Source: an uncultured Planctomycetota bacterium (GTDB lineage: Bacteria > Planctomycetota > Planctomycetia > Isosphaerales > Isosphaeraceae). From it: 64,000 nt of DNA. This document shows, piece by piece, positions 22,000-32,148 of the stretch (the stretch's first letter is position 1; each line of letters begins with the position of its first letter). The notes under the pieces were generated by a model. It was not told where the DNA came from and made no database searches. It was given only the letters and a program-made list of their open reading frames with translations. The DNA lies in contig CAWJTV010000020.1 in NCBI GenBank assembly GCA_963845755.1, positions 32,001 to 96,000 of the forward strand, given 5' to 3'. Both the position numbers and the translations under genes were made by a program.

Positions 22000-22917
22000 T
22001 CAGTTGGCTGCGCGCGAGTTGAGGCTGAAGACGGCGGCCTGGAAGAGGGCGCGGGTCTTGTTCTTGGCGGTGCGATACGCCTCGTCAAAACCATCGGCCT
22101 TGGTCCAGTCGACGACCTGCTGGACCTGCTTGGCCATGAATTCGAGCATCTCGTCGATGGTTGACGCGGCGGGCTCGACGGGTTCGGCGAGTGCCGCCTC
22201 GCGGTGTGATGGGCCGGCTCCAATACCTCCGCCGGGAGTCCCGGCCAGGTGGGCCGGAGCCGCGGCAGTGTCGTCCCAGGGGGGCGCGGCTTTCATGCCG
22301 CGGCGGCCCTGCTCGCCCGACTCCTCACCGCTCCACTTGTGGTCGCGCCGCTCGCGCTCGCCCGGCTCGTCGACGGCGCCCGCGGCCTCGTTATCGCGGG
22401 GAAGCCGTTCGTTCTTGTCCTTGGGAATTCCGGCGGACGTGTAGAGCTTGCCGTCGGCACCCACGCGACCGGGCGAGTTCGGGATCTGGTGCGATTCGAT
22501 CAACTGTTTGCGGATCTTCAGCACGAGCTCGCGGCTGACAGCCAGCTCCTGGGCCATGCGGCGATCGGACCAATCGTGATGCAGCTTCAACTTGACCTCG
22601 ACGGCCCGACGGCGCTCGGCCCGGGTCAGTGGGAGGCCGTGGAACAGGTTGACGCTGGCGACGAAGTCGAGCCCCTCGGTGAACGTGCCGACGCGGACCT
22701 CCGCCGGTATCGTCCGCTTGCCGAGCATGATCGCGGCCGCGTGACGATGGAATCCGTCGGCGATCAGCAGGCGACCCTCGACCTCGAAGACGGTGATCGG
22801 CGGCAGGCGCTCCCATGAGTCGGCATACCGCTCTACCGTGAAATCGTCCAGGCGGTCGCGGAGGTTGAGGTTCGGGTCGAGGACGAGATCGTCTAGGGGA
22901 ACCTCGAGGATATTCAT
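22000..22917 (-). CDS. ParB/Srx N-domain + HTH protein
   Basis: LPPITV, ADGFHR, NLFHGLPLT, HTH WSDRRMAQELAVSRELV. Confidence 0.8.
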   Translation of the reverse strand: MNILEVPLDDLVLDPNLNLRDRLDDFTVERYADSWERLPPITVFEVEGRLLIADGFHRHAAAIMLGKRTIPAEVRVGTFTEGLDFVASVNLFHGLPLTRAERRRAVEVKLKLHHDWSDRRMAQELAVSRELVLKIRKQLIESHQIPNSPGRVGADGKLYTSAGIPKDKNERLPRDNEAAGAVDEPGERERRDHKWSGEESGEQGRRGMKAAPPWDDTAAAPAHLAGTPGGGIGAGPSHREAALAEPVEPAASTIDEMLEFMAKQVQQVVDWTKADGFDEAYRTAKNKTRALFQAAVFSLNSRAAN

Positions 22918-23065
22918 GTCGGAGCTTCTTTCGTGGTCAACGTGACCGTGCAGACCCGGGGATGTTCCCAAGTGCCCTACTGTCCGCCTATGATCGGCCG
23001 GGAAGTTCCGGGGGCTTGCGTCAAGTTTGACGAGAAGTTCTGGGTCACGAAGGGAGTTGACGGTC

Positions 23066-23941
23066 ATGAGGATTGTGGTGACGGGATCCAGCGGGCGACT
23101 GGGGAGCTACCTGGTTGATCGCCTGGTCAGTGGCGGGCATGAGGTCTTCGCCTGGAGCGGGACGGTGCGCGGGACGCGCGGCGGGATCGCACTACGGACC
23201 GTAGACCTGACCGACGAACGCGCAACCGTCGCCGCGCTGGCGCAGGCGGACCCGGAGGCGGTGATCCACGCCGGGGCCTCGAGCTCGGCCGAGGCGGTGT
23301 TTCGCGACCCGGCGCGGGGATGGGCGGTCAACGTCGAGGCGACACGGCAGCTCGCCGAGTGGGCTCACCGCCACGATCGGCGCCTGCTGTTCACCTCGAC
23401 CGACCTGGTGTTCGACGGCTCGAGGTCCTGGTATCGCGAGCAGGACCCGGCGGAGCCGGTCCTCGCGTACGGCCGGTCCAAGCGCGAGGCCGAGGCGTTC
23501 GTGCTCGCGATCCCGCGCGGGATCGTTGCGCGGATCAGCCTCCTGTTCGGCCCGACCCACGGCGAAAGCCCCGGCTTCTTCGACCTCGCCATGGCGTCGC
23601 TGATTCGGGGCGAACGGCGGTCGTTCTTCGCGGATGAATTCCGCACGCCTCTCGATTATCTCACGGCCGCTAAGATCATCACACGATTGATCGAATCCGA
23701 CTCGACGGGGATCGTGCACGTCGGCGGTCGGGAGCGGCTCAGCCGGTTCGAGTTGATGCGCCGCGCGGCCATCGCCTGGCAGGTCGACCCAGATCGGGTG
23801 TGTGCCGACCGCCAGGCCGACGCGACGTTTTCCGAACCCCGGCCCGCGGACGTCTCGCTCGACACCACCCGGCTCGCGGCCCTGATCCCCGGCCTCGAGC
23901 GCCCTGACGTCGAGGCGGCCCTCGCGGCGATGTCTGGTTGA
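23066..23941 (+). CDS. RmlD-like SDR (dTDP-4-dehydrorhamnose reductase family)
   Basis: VTGSSGRLG, STDLVFDG, YGRSK, RPADVSLD. Confidence 0.88.
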   Translation: MRIVVTGSSGRLGSYLVDRLVSGGHEVFAWSGTVRGTRGGIALRTVDLTDERATVAALAQADPEAVIHAGASSSAEAVFRDPARGWAVNVEATRQLAEWAHRHDRRLLFTSTDLVFDGSRSWYREQDPAEPVLAYGRSKREAEAFVLAIPRGIVARISLLFGPTHGESPGFFDLAMASLIRGERRSFFADEFRTPLDYLTAAKIITRLIESDSTGIVHVGGRERLSRFELMRRAAIAWQVDPDRVCADRQADATFSEPRPADVSLDTTRLAALIPGLERPDVEAALAAMSG

Positions 23942-24093
23942 GGCGAGGCGCGACCCGACGGAATCCTCTGGATTCTTGAAACCGTCCCCTGGCCGAATGG
24001 GCTATCATCAGAAGAGACGAACGGGGCGGATCGTGCGGCTTGAAGCGCGCCGTGGTCGTTCCTTGTCGAGTCTGATCACCCGGAAGAGATTGC

Positions 24094-25488
24094 ATGATGG
24101 ACCTGCGAAAGAAATCGTTGCGGTCGTGTCGTCCCGGTCTGGCCATTTTGATCGGGGTTTCGATCGGAATGCCCGTCGCGGTGCGCGGAGGCGAGGCACC
24201 AACCTTTCATCGCGACGTCGCGCCGATCCTGCAGAAGAACTGCCAAGAATGCCATCGACCTGGACAGGTCGCGCCCTTCTCGCTGCTGGATTACGCGCAG
24301 GCGCGGAAGCGTGCCCAGGACATCGCCGCGGTGACGGAGGAACGCACGATGCCCCCGTGGCATGCCTCGACGACGGAAGGGGGACCGTTCCAGGGCGCGC
24401 GGGTACTGACCGAAGGGGAGTTGAAGACGCTGGCGGACTGGGCCGACGCGGGAACGCCGGAGGGAGATCCGAAGGACGGAGCGCCGCCGCGCAAGTGGCA
24501 TTCCGATTGGGCCCTGGGGCCGCCCGACCTGGTCCTCAGGATGCCCGAGCCGTACAAGCTGGGACCTTCCGGGCCGGATGAGTACCGCGTGATCGTGATC
24601 CCGGCCGGTCTGGCGGAAGGGCGCTGGATCACCGCCGTGGATTTCAAGCCCGGAAACCTGAAGGTCGTCCATCATATTTTGGCGGCTTATGACGTGACGG
24701 GCAACGCGCGGAAACTGGACGCCGCCGACCCGGGCCCCGGCTATGCGACGTCCGGCGGCGGTTATGGCCGCCTCCCCAACGGCCTGCCCTTCATCCCCTC
24801 CGGCCAGCTCTGGGGTTGGGCGCCGGGACGGACGCCTCGGCGGGCGCCCGAAGGCACGGCCCGATCCCTGCCGGCCGCCGCCGACGTACTGCTCCAGATC
24901 CACTATCACAAGAGCGGCAAGCCGGAGAAGGACGCCACGGTGATTGGCCTGTACTTCGCCCCGGGGCCTGTCGATAAACAGATCCGCTCCGCCATGGTCT
25001 TGCCCCGCCGCGCCGGCTTCTCGCTCCGGCCCGAGCTGCGCATCCCGCCGGGCGATGCCAACTACGAAGTCATGGGGAGCCAGACGATTCGTCAGGATTC
25101 CCGCCTGCTGGCCGTGTTTCCCCACATGCACCTGCTCGGCAAGGACTTCTTGCTGCGGGCCATCCGGCCCGATGGCTCGGAGCAGACGCTCATCCGGATC
25201 GACGCCTGGGACTTCAACTGGCAGAACCCGTACGACTTCGTCACGCCGGTGGCCCTGCCCATGGGGACCCGGATCGAGATGACAGCCCACTTTGATAACT
25301 CCGCCAGCAATCCGAGCAACCCGAGCAAGCCCCCGATCGAAGTCCATTGGGGCGAGCAAACCACCGACGAGATGTGCATCGGCTTCCTGCACCTCACTCG
25401 CGATGCCGAACACCTGAAGGATCGCTCGCCGGATGCGGGCCGGCCGGCGACCCGTCGCGCGGCGCTCGACGTGCCGGCAAGACCCTGA
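24094..25488 (+). CDS. Secreted c-type heme + copper type II (PHM/DBH-like) monooxygenase-fold protein
   Basis: Signal peptide; CQECH; VVHH, LQIHY, PHMHLLG, WDFNWQ, DEMC. Confidence 0.82.
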   Translation: MMDLRKKSLRSCRPGLAILIGVSIGMPVAVRGGEAPTFHRDVAPILQKNCQECHRPGQVAPFSLLDYAQARKRAQDIAAVTEERTMPPWHASTTEGGPFQGARVLTEGELKTLADWADAGTPEGDPKDGAPPRKWHSDWALGPPDLVLRMPEPYKLGPSGPDEYRVIVIPAGLAEGRWITAVDFKPGNLKVVHHILAAYDVTGNARKLDAADPGPGYATSGGGYGRLPNGLPFIPSGQLWGWAPGRTPRRAPEGTARSLPAAADVLLQIHYHKSGKPEKDATVIGLYFAPGPVDKQIRSAMVLPRRAGFSLRPELRIPPGDANYEVMGSQTIRQDSRLLAVFPHMHLLGKDFLLRAIRPDGSEQTLIRIDAWDFNWQNPYDFVTPVALPMGTRIEMTAHFDNSASNPSNPSKPPIEVHWGEQTTDEMCIGFLHLTRDAEHLKDRSPDAGRPATRRAALDVPARP

Positions 25489-26091
25489 CCCGGGCGCGGA
25501 GCGTCGGCATCGAGCATCGGTCTCACCAGAATCCGGTACGAAACCCTTCCCCCCAAGGGTTTACGCTTCTTTGCGCAATTCTTACTAATTCCTGGGTACG
25601 ACCTCTCGCGACATGACGCCGAGCTATCTGTGCGGGTATGCGACAAGGGTCTCCCCGATCCTTCCTGCCGAGCGCATCGCTCGAGGCTTGTCGATTCGAG
25701 ATCCCGAGAGGCCGGATTACGGACATTTCGGTAGTCCGTGATCTCGAATCAGCAGTCTCCTTGCGACCGAGTCACGTGCAGGATGAGTCGGGCCGTGGGA
25801 GGCTCAACGTCGCGTAGCCGACCAACTTGACCACGAAGGAGCCGCGCACTAGTGTGTGGCGGCGGGTTGGGTGTGTTGTGCGCGGCACTACCCGGGTCCC
25901 GGTCGCCGAGGACGAGTCGTAGACCCAAGCAGCCCGGATATGGAGTCTTGAAGAGTGCCGTGCTCGGCAGACGGGGTGCTTGTGCGCTGATGGCGCGGTC
26001 AGGCGTGCGGCCGGCTTGTGCCAGGACTGCGCACGGAATCGAGTCCCCCGCTGCTCTGCGACGGCCTTACCCCATGACGCGAGTGAGAACT

Positions 26092-28158
26092 TTGATGGAT
26101 GCGACTTCACCCGAAGCCGTGGCTCGGCGAGAGTCGGGCCAGATGCCACTCTCCCCGTTGGGCGCGGTCCTGCTGGCAATTTCGTTCGGACTCTTCGCAG
26201 GCTACATGGATCTGGGGGTGATGCTCTTCAAGAAGACCTTTTTGAATCAAGAGGGGGCCTTTCGAAGCGGCAGGGATTTCCCCTGGACGGTCCCGCTGGG
26301 CCACGTGGTCCTCATGATGATTCCGGGTCTGATCGTGGCTGTCACGAACCGGATCCGGCCGAAACCCCTCTCCCTGTGCGCGGCGTCGTGGTGGTTCGCG
26401 ACACTTGCGATCTGGGGGGCCTTGCTGCGGCTGCCGATGAACGACGTTTGCCGCGTGATCATGGCCGTCGGAGCGGGTCGGTGGATCGGCACAACGATTG
26501 TATCCCACGGCTTGCGGTCTCGATTGATACGCTCCATCCGGTTGTCGCTCGTTGGCCTGTTGCTCGTGCTCGCGGCACTCTCGACAGGCTGGCAGGTGTT
26601 CCAGGAATACCGCGCAGTGGCCGGATTGCCGGCCGCGCCGTCGGGCGCCCGCAATGTCGTGCTGATCGTTTGGGACACCGTCCGTTCTTACAATCTGAGC
26701 CTCTCGGGCTATCACCGGGATACCACACCATTCTTGAAGCGTTGGGCTCAACGAGGAGTCAACTATCGCCTCGCGCTGCGCGCCGCTCCCTGGACGTATC
26801 CCTCGCATACCTGCTTCTTCACCGGCCAGTGGCCCTTCGAGCTCAATACCCAGTGGAAGTTCCGCCTGGATACGCCCCAGCCGACCCTGGCCGAGTTCCT
26901 GGCCTCACGCGGCTATCAGACCGCCGGGTTCGCGGCAAACACCAACTGCTGTAGTTATGAGAGCGGGCTGGCGCGGGGGTTTGCCCATTACGAAGACTAC
27001 GCGTTGACGCCGTGGTCCTTGCTCACTCGCACGGTTCCGGGCAAGTGGATCCTCGAGAACGTCTTGGATCCCAGTAGCTTCTTCGACCGGAAGTGGATCG
27101 ACCTGCAATCCCGCCATGCATACGAGCTCAACGAGACCTTCCTCACCTGGCTGGGTCGGCGCCGGACGGATCGCCCCTTCTTCGCCTTCCTGAACTACTT
27201 CGACGCCCACGAGCCGTACCTTCCTCCAGAGGACCATTTCGGCCAGTTCGGAATCCGGCCCCAGTTCCCGCGAGATCATCGATTCCTGATGGAATATGTG
27301 GGGACGATCAAGAGCCTGCTCCGATTGCGGGACGTCGAGATGGCCCGCGACTGCTACGATGACTGCATCGCCTCCCTCGATGAGCAACTGCGTCGCTTGC
27401 TCTACGCACTCCATAGCCAGGGGCTCCTCGAGAACACGGACGTGATCATCACGTCCGACCATGGGGAGGCGTTCGGCGAGCATACGACGTTCGGCCACTC
27501 ATACACTCTCATGCTCAACGAGATCGGCGTCCCGCTGGTCATCGTCTCCCCCCGCGCTCCGGCGGGGAAAGTGGTGACTAGCCCCGTCAGCCTGCGCGAC
27601 CTGCCGGCAACCGTGGTCGACCTGCTAGGCCTCTCGGACGGCTCGCCGTTCCCGGGCCGTTCGTTGGCGGCTCACTGGGAATCGGCAGAGGGGGAGGATT
27701 CGGAGATCACGACCCCCGCCCTGACCGAGCTGGTCGATGCGACCGCATTCCAGGCGCAGCCTGGGCACGACGGCGGGCACGCGGGCTTCCAGATGTCCCT
27801 GGTGGCTTCGGGCCACCATTACATCCGGTCCGCCCTGGGAGCCGAGGTGCTTTTCGACCTGAAACGCGATCCCTACGAGCGATACGACCTGATGCAGTCC
27901 ACTGAAGGCAATCGACAGGTGGCGGTCTTTCGGAAGAAACTCCTCGAGGTGCTGACCGAGAACCGCGGCTCGGTCGAGGCGGAAGCGAGTTACCTTCGGG
28001 ATTACCGCAAATCGCTCGAAGCCCTCCTTCGCCAATCAGATCCGCAATTGTCTTCAGCCCCCGAACAGGGGCGTCAAGACGCAGCCAGGGATGTCAGCTC
28101 CCGGAGCACGCCGGGCCATCACCCCGCCGGGGCCCTTCGGATAGCCTCTGACAGATAA
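26092..28158 (+). CDS. Membrane-anchored sulfatase-like protein, tandem copy 1
   Basis: N-terminal TMs; NVVLIVWDT, PWTYPSHTCFFTG, FDAHEPY, SDHGE. Confidence 0.87.
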   Translation: MMDATSPEAVARRESGQMPLSPLGAVLLAISFGLFAGYMDLGVMLFKKTFLNQEGAFRSGRDFPWTVPLGHVVLMMIPGLIVAVTNRIRPKPLSLCAASWWFATLAIWGALLRLPMNDVCRVIMAVGAGRWIGTTIVSHGLRSRLIRSIRLSLVGLLLVLAALSTGWQVFQEYRAVAGLPAAPSGARNVVLIVWDTVRSYNLSLSGYHRDTTPFLKRWAQRGVNYRLALRAAPWTYPSHTCFFTGQWPFELNTQWKFRLDTPQPTLAEFLASRGYQTAGFAANTNCCSYESGLARGFAHYEDYALTPWSLLTRTVPGKWILENVLDPSSFFDRKWIDLQSRHAYELNETFLTWLGRRRTDRPFFAFLNYFDAHEPYLPPEDHFGQFGIRPQFPRDHRFLMEYVGTIKSLLRLRDVEMARDCYDDCIASLDEQLRRLLYALHSQGLLENTDVIITSDHGEAFGEHTTFGHSYTLMLNEIGVPLVIVSPRAPAGKVVTSPVSLRDLPATVVDLLGLSDGSPFPGRSLAAHWESAEGEDSEITTPALTELVDATAFQAQPGHDGGHAGFQMSLVASGHHYIRSALGAEVLFDLKRDPYERYDLMQSTEGNRQVAVFRKKLLEVLTENRGSVEAEASYLRDYRKSLEALLRQSDPQLSSAPEQGRQDAARDVSSRSTPGHHPAGALRIASDR

Positions 28159-28332
28159 CGACTTACGGCCCACTACAAATCGTAATGGAGCCGGGGCTCG
28201 ACGGCCGCGACGTTGCGGAATCGTAAAAGGTCGGCTCGTGGGCCTGGATTGGTTGAGGATCGTGAGTGTAAGGTGGAGCTAACCACCCTAAACAGCATCG
28301 GGCGCAGGTCGTTCCCTTTTTTGATCCGTGAC

Positions 28333-28443
28333 CTAACGCGGCCTTCGGCCGCAACCCAAGAGGGATTCCGGATTCGCGATTCCCGATTCCCGAAGGGGAA
28401 TGATTCCGGTATCGGGAATCTCGAATCCGGAATTCGGAATCCC
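28333..28443. repeat. GCGGCCTTCGGCCGC stem followed by inverted heptamer-array hairpin (NNGATTC)n / (GAATCNN)n
   Basis: UUCG-loop hairpin at ~28338-28352; 4 units at 28362-28389 and 4 complementary units at 28416-28443. Confidence 0.8.
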
Positions 28444-28632
28444 CAGAGGCGCACGGCGCAGGGACCCTACGCAGGAAGACTCGAAGTAAGAGGTTTACGT
28501 CACGTTTCGTAAGGCGCACTCCTGTGCTGCGCGGACGGCGGAGTCGGGCGTGTGCCCGGCTGACATCGGGACGCGGCCGGAATCTTGCCTGACGGTGCTG
28601 CGACGGCCTCTCCCAGGATGCGAGTGTGAGCC

Positions 28633-30572
28633 TTGACGGACGCGACTTCACCCGAAGCTGTGGCTCGGCGAGCGCCGGAGCCGACGCCACTTTCCCCGAT
28701 CGCCACACTCGTGCTGGCGATTTCGTTCGGCCTCTTCGGGGGCTACCTGGACCTGGGGGTGATGCTCTTCAAGAGGACCTTCCTGAATCCGGAGGGAGCC
28801 TTTCGAAGTGGCAGGGATTTCCCCTGGACGGTCCCGCTGGGCCACGCGGTCCTCATGATGATTCCCGGGCTCATCGTCGTCGTGGCGAATCGGGTCCGGC
28901 GGAAACCCCTCTCCCTGCGCGGCGTCGTGGTGGTTCGCGACACTCGCGATCTGGGGGGCTTTCTTGCGGCTGCCGATGAACAACATCGGCCGCCTGCTCC
29001 TGGCCGCCGGGCTGGGTCGTTGGATCAGCGCCGGAATCGCAGGTTCCGGCTGGCGGTCACCGATGTTGCGCTCAATCCGGTTGTCGCTCGTTGGCCTGTT
29101 GCTCGTCCTCGCGGCGCTCTCCTCGGGCTGGCAGGTGCTCCAGGAATACCGGGCGGTAGCCGGACTGCCGGCCGCGCCATCGGGCGCCCGCAACGTTGTG
29201 CTGATCGTCTGGGACACCGTTCGCTCGAACAATCTGAGTATCGCGGACTATGCGCGCGATACCACACCGCACCTGAAGCGGTGGGCTCAGCGCGGTGTCA
29301 CGTACCGCCTCGCGCTGCGCCCGCTCCCTGGACGTATCCCTCGCATACCTGCTTCTTCACCGGCCAGTGGCCCTTCGAGCTCAATACCCAGTGGAAGTTC
29401 CGCCTGGATACGCCCCAGCCGACCCTGGCCGAGTTCCTGGCCTCACGCGGCTATCAGACCGCCGGGTTCGCGGCAAACACCAACTGCTGTAGTTATGAGA
29501 GCGGGCTGGCGCGGGGGTTTGCCCATTACGAAGACTACTCATTGACGCCGTGGTCCTTGCTCAGTCGCACGGTTCCGGGCAAGTGGATCCTCGAGAACCT
29601 CGTGAGTCCGGGCAACTTCTTCGACCGGAAGTGGATCGGCCTGCAAACCCGCCATGCGCACGAGCTCAACGAGACCTTTCTCACCTGGCTGGGTCGGCGC
29701 CGGTCGGATCGCCCCTTCTTCGCCTTCCTGAACTATTTCGATGCCCACGAGCCCTACATTCCCCCACTCGAACATTACGGCCAGTTCGGTATCCGGCCCG
29801 CATTCCCCCGGGATTTCCGATTCCTCATGGATTATGTGGGGACGATCAAGGATCTGCTCCAACTGCGGGACATTACGATGGCCCGCGACTGCTACGATGA
29901 CTGTATCGCCTCCCTCGATGAGCAACTGGGCCGTTTACTCGAGACCCTGCAAAGCCGTGGGCTCCTCGAGAACACGGACGTGATCATCACGTCCGACCAT
30001 GGGGAGGCGTTCGGCGAGCATAAGACCTTTGGCCACTCATACAGCGTCATGCTCAACGAAGTCGGCGTCCCGCTGGTGATCCTCTCCCCCGCGCTCCGGC
30101 CGGGAGAGTCGTGAACAACCCTGTCAGCCTGCGCGACCTGCCGGCAACCGTGGTGGACCTGCTAGGTCTCTCGGACGGCTCGCCGTTCCCGGGCCATTCG
30201 TTGGCGGCTTACTGGGCGGACTCGGCCGGGGAGGATTCGGAGATCACAACCCCGGCCCTCTCGGAGCAGGTCGATGCGACCGCATTCCAGGCGCAGCCCG
30301 GGAGCGATGGCGGGCACGTTGATTTTCAGATGTCCCTGGTCACGGCGGGCCACCATTTCGTCCGATCCGGCCTGGGAGCCGAGCAGCTCTACGATCTGAG
30401 CCGCGATCCCTACGAGCGAAACGACCTCATGCTGTCGCCCGACGGCAACCGGCAAGTGGCGGTCTTTCGGAAGAAACTCCTCGAGGTGTTGACCGAGAAC
30501 CGCGGCTCGGTCGAGGCGGAAGCGAGTTACCTCCGAGATTACCGCAAATCGCTCGAAGCCCTCCTTCGATAG
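28633..30572 (+). CDS. Membrane-anchored sulfatase-like protein, tandem copy 2 (frameshifts ~28918, ~29320, ~30095)
   Basis: Colinear paralogue of 26092-28158 with the same motifs; shorter C-tail. Confidence 0.85.
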
Positions 30573-30595
30573 CAACTGACGTGTAAAGCTATCGA

Positions 30596-32079
30596 CTACG
30601 AGCGACGACCTGCTCGACGGAAGAACGCGTAGGCCGGCACGCCGAGCAGGATGATCCCCAGCCCGACCAGGGAGGGGACGCGGGTCGTGTCGTCCACCAG
30701 CATATTGCCGAGCAAGATGAGTGCGGCGGCCACGTAGATCAGGGGCGTCACCGGATAGCCCAGCGTGCGATACGGGCGGGGCAGGTCCGGCTGCCGGGCG
30801 CGGAGCACGAACACGCTGGCGATGGCCAGGGTGTAGAAGATGGTGGCGCCGAAGATCACATAGGTGAAGAGGAGATCGTAGAGCGGTGTCTGACTGAGCT
30901 TGGACCATGCGGCCAGGATCCAGGCGGGCACTCCTTGATGTGCGTCGGTGGGCGGAAACACGATCAGGGCCGTGCCGGCGACCGTCAGGATGATGGCCCA
31001 GATCCCCTGGGAGAGGATGGCGTTGGCCGGGGTCTGGAAGGTGGGATGGACCCGGCAGAGTCCGGCCGGGAACAGCCCGTCGCGGGCCATGGCGAAATAG
31101 GCGCGTGGGCCGGTCAGCGCGTTGCCGTTAAGCGAGATGAACGTCGAGCACATGACGAGGATCGAGATGGCCACGACGCCCGGGCGCCCAGGAGATGCTC
31201 GCAATACACGGCGGCCGCCGCCTTCTCGAATTGAGCGGACTCCCGGCTCGCCGAGCTGATTTCCTTCATCGGCAGGACGTAGTGATAGGCCAGGGTCATA
31301 CCGACATAGACGGCGATCAGCACCGCCGTGCCGTAGAGCAAGGCGCGGGGGATGCTGCGTCCGGGGTCGCGAATCTCCTCGGCGAGCGGGGTCACATTGG
31401 TCCAACCGTCGTAGGCCCAGAGCACGCCGACCATCGCCACCATCGCGCCGGAAAAGATCGAGCCCGCCCCCATCGTGGGCCAGACCGGCGTCAGGTTCGC
31501 GATCGCGCCGGCGCCGAGCGCAAAGGGCAACGCCATCATCACCGCGATCCCGCCGACCTTGAGGGCGGTCCCCACGACCTGGAGCATGCCCCCCCGCCGC
31601 GTGCCCAGGACATTCACAGCGGTCACCACGGCAATGGCCAGCACCGCGGCGCCCGCCTGCCACACCTTCACTGAGACACCCGCGGGCGGGCGGGCCAGTT
31701 GCGAGAAATATCGCGCGAAGGCCGCGGCCAGCGTCGCCATCGAACCGCTGCGCACCACCAGGAACTCCACCCAGCCGAACAGGAATGCCGGCAAGGCGCC
31801 ATACGCCGCACGGAGGAAAACGTAGAGCCCGCCGGCCTGCGGCAACATCGCACCTAGCTCCGCGAGCGTCAGGGCTCCGGCGGCGATGAAGATCCCGCCA
31901 ATGATCCACACCAGCACGATCCCGCTCAGGAACGGGACGTTATACGCCACGGTCGCCGGCACGAGGAAGATTCCCGAACCGATCACCGACCCGACGACGA
32001 CGCAGAACGCCTCGACCGGACCCAACACCCGGGGCAATGTAACCGCTTCACGTTCTGACGTCGGGACAGGGGTCATCAA
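30596..32079 (-). CDS. APC-family amino acid permease (frameshift ~31185)
   Basis: VGSVIGSGIF, AELGAMLPQAGG, WAYDGW, EEIRDP, RPYRTLGYP. Confidence 0.9.
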
Positions 32080-32089
32080 GGTGCTCCGA

Positions 32090-32148
32090 GTTGGTCAGGC
32101 TTTCGAGACTGCCTGTAATAGTTCGTCAGGGTGGAAAGCCTGACTTAC
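32090..32148. repeat. GTAG-type REP-like inverted doublet
   Basis: GTTGGTCAGGCTTTCGAGACTGCC (32090-32113) faces the reverse-strand copy GTAAGTCAGGCTTTCCACCCTGAC (32125-32148). Confidence 0.65.

Noticed and set aside
22000..22917. Prophage or plasmid partition locus
   Set aside because: No parA, integrase or phage genes nearby
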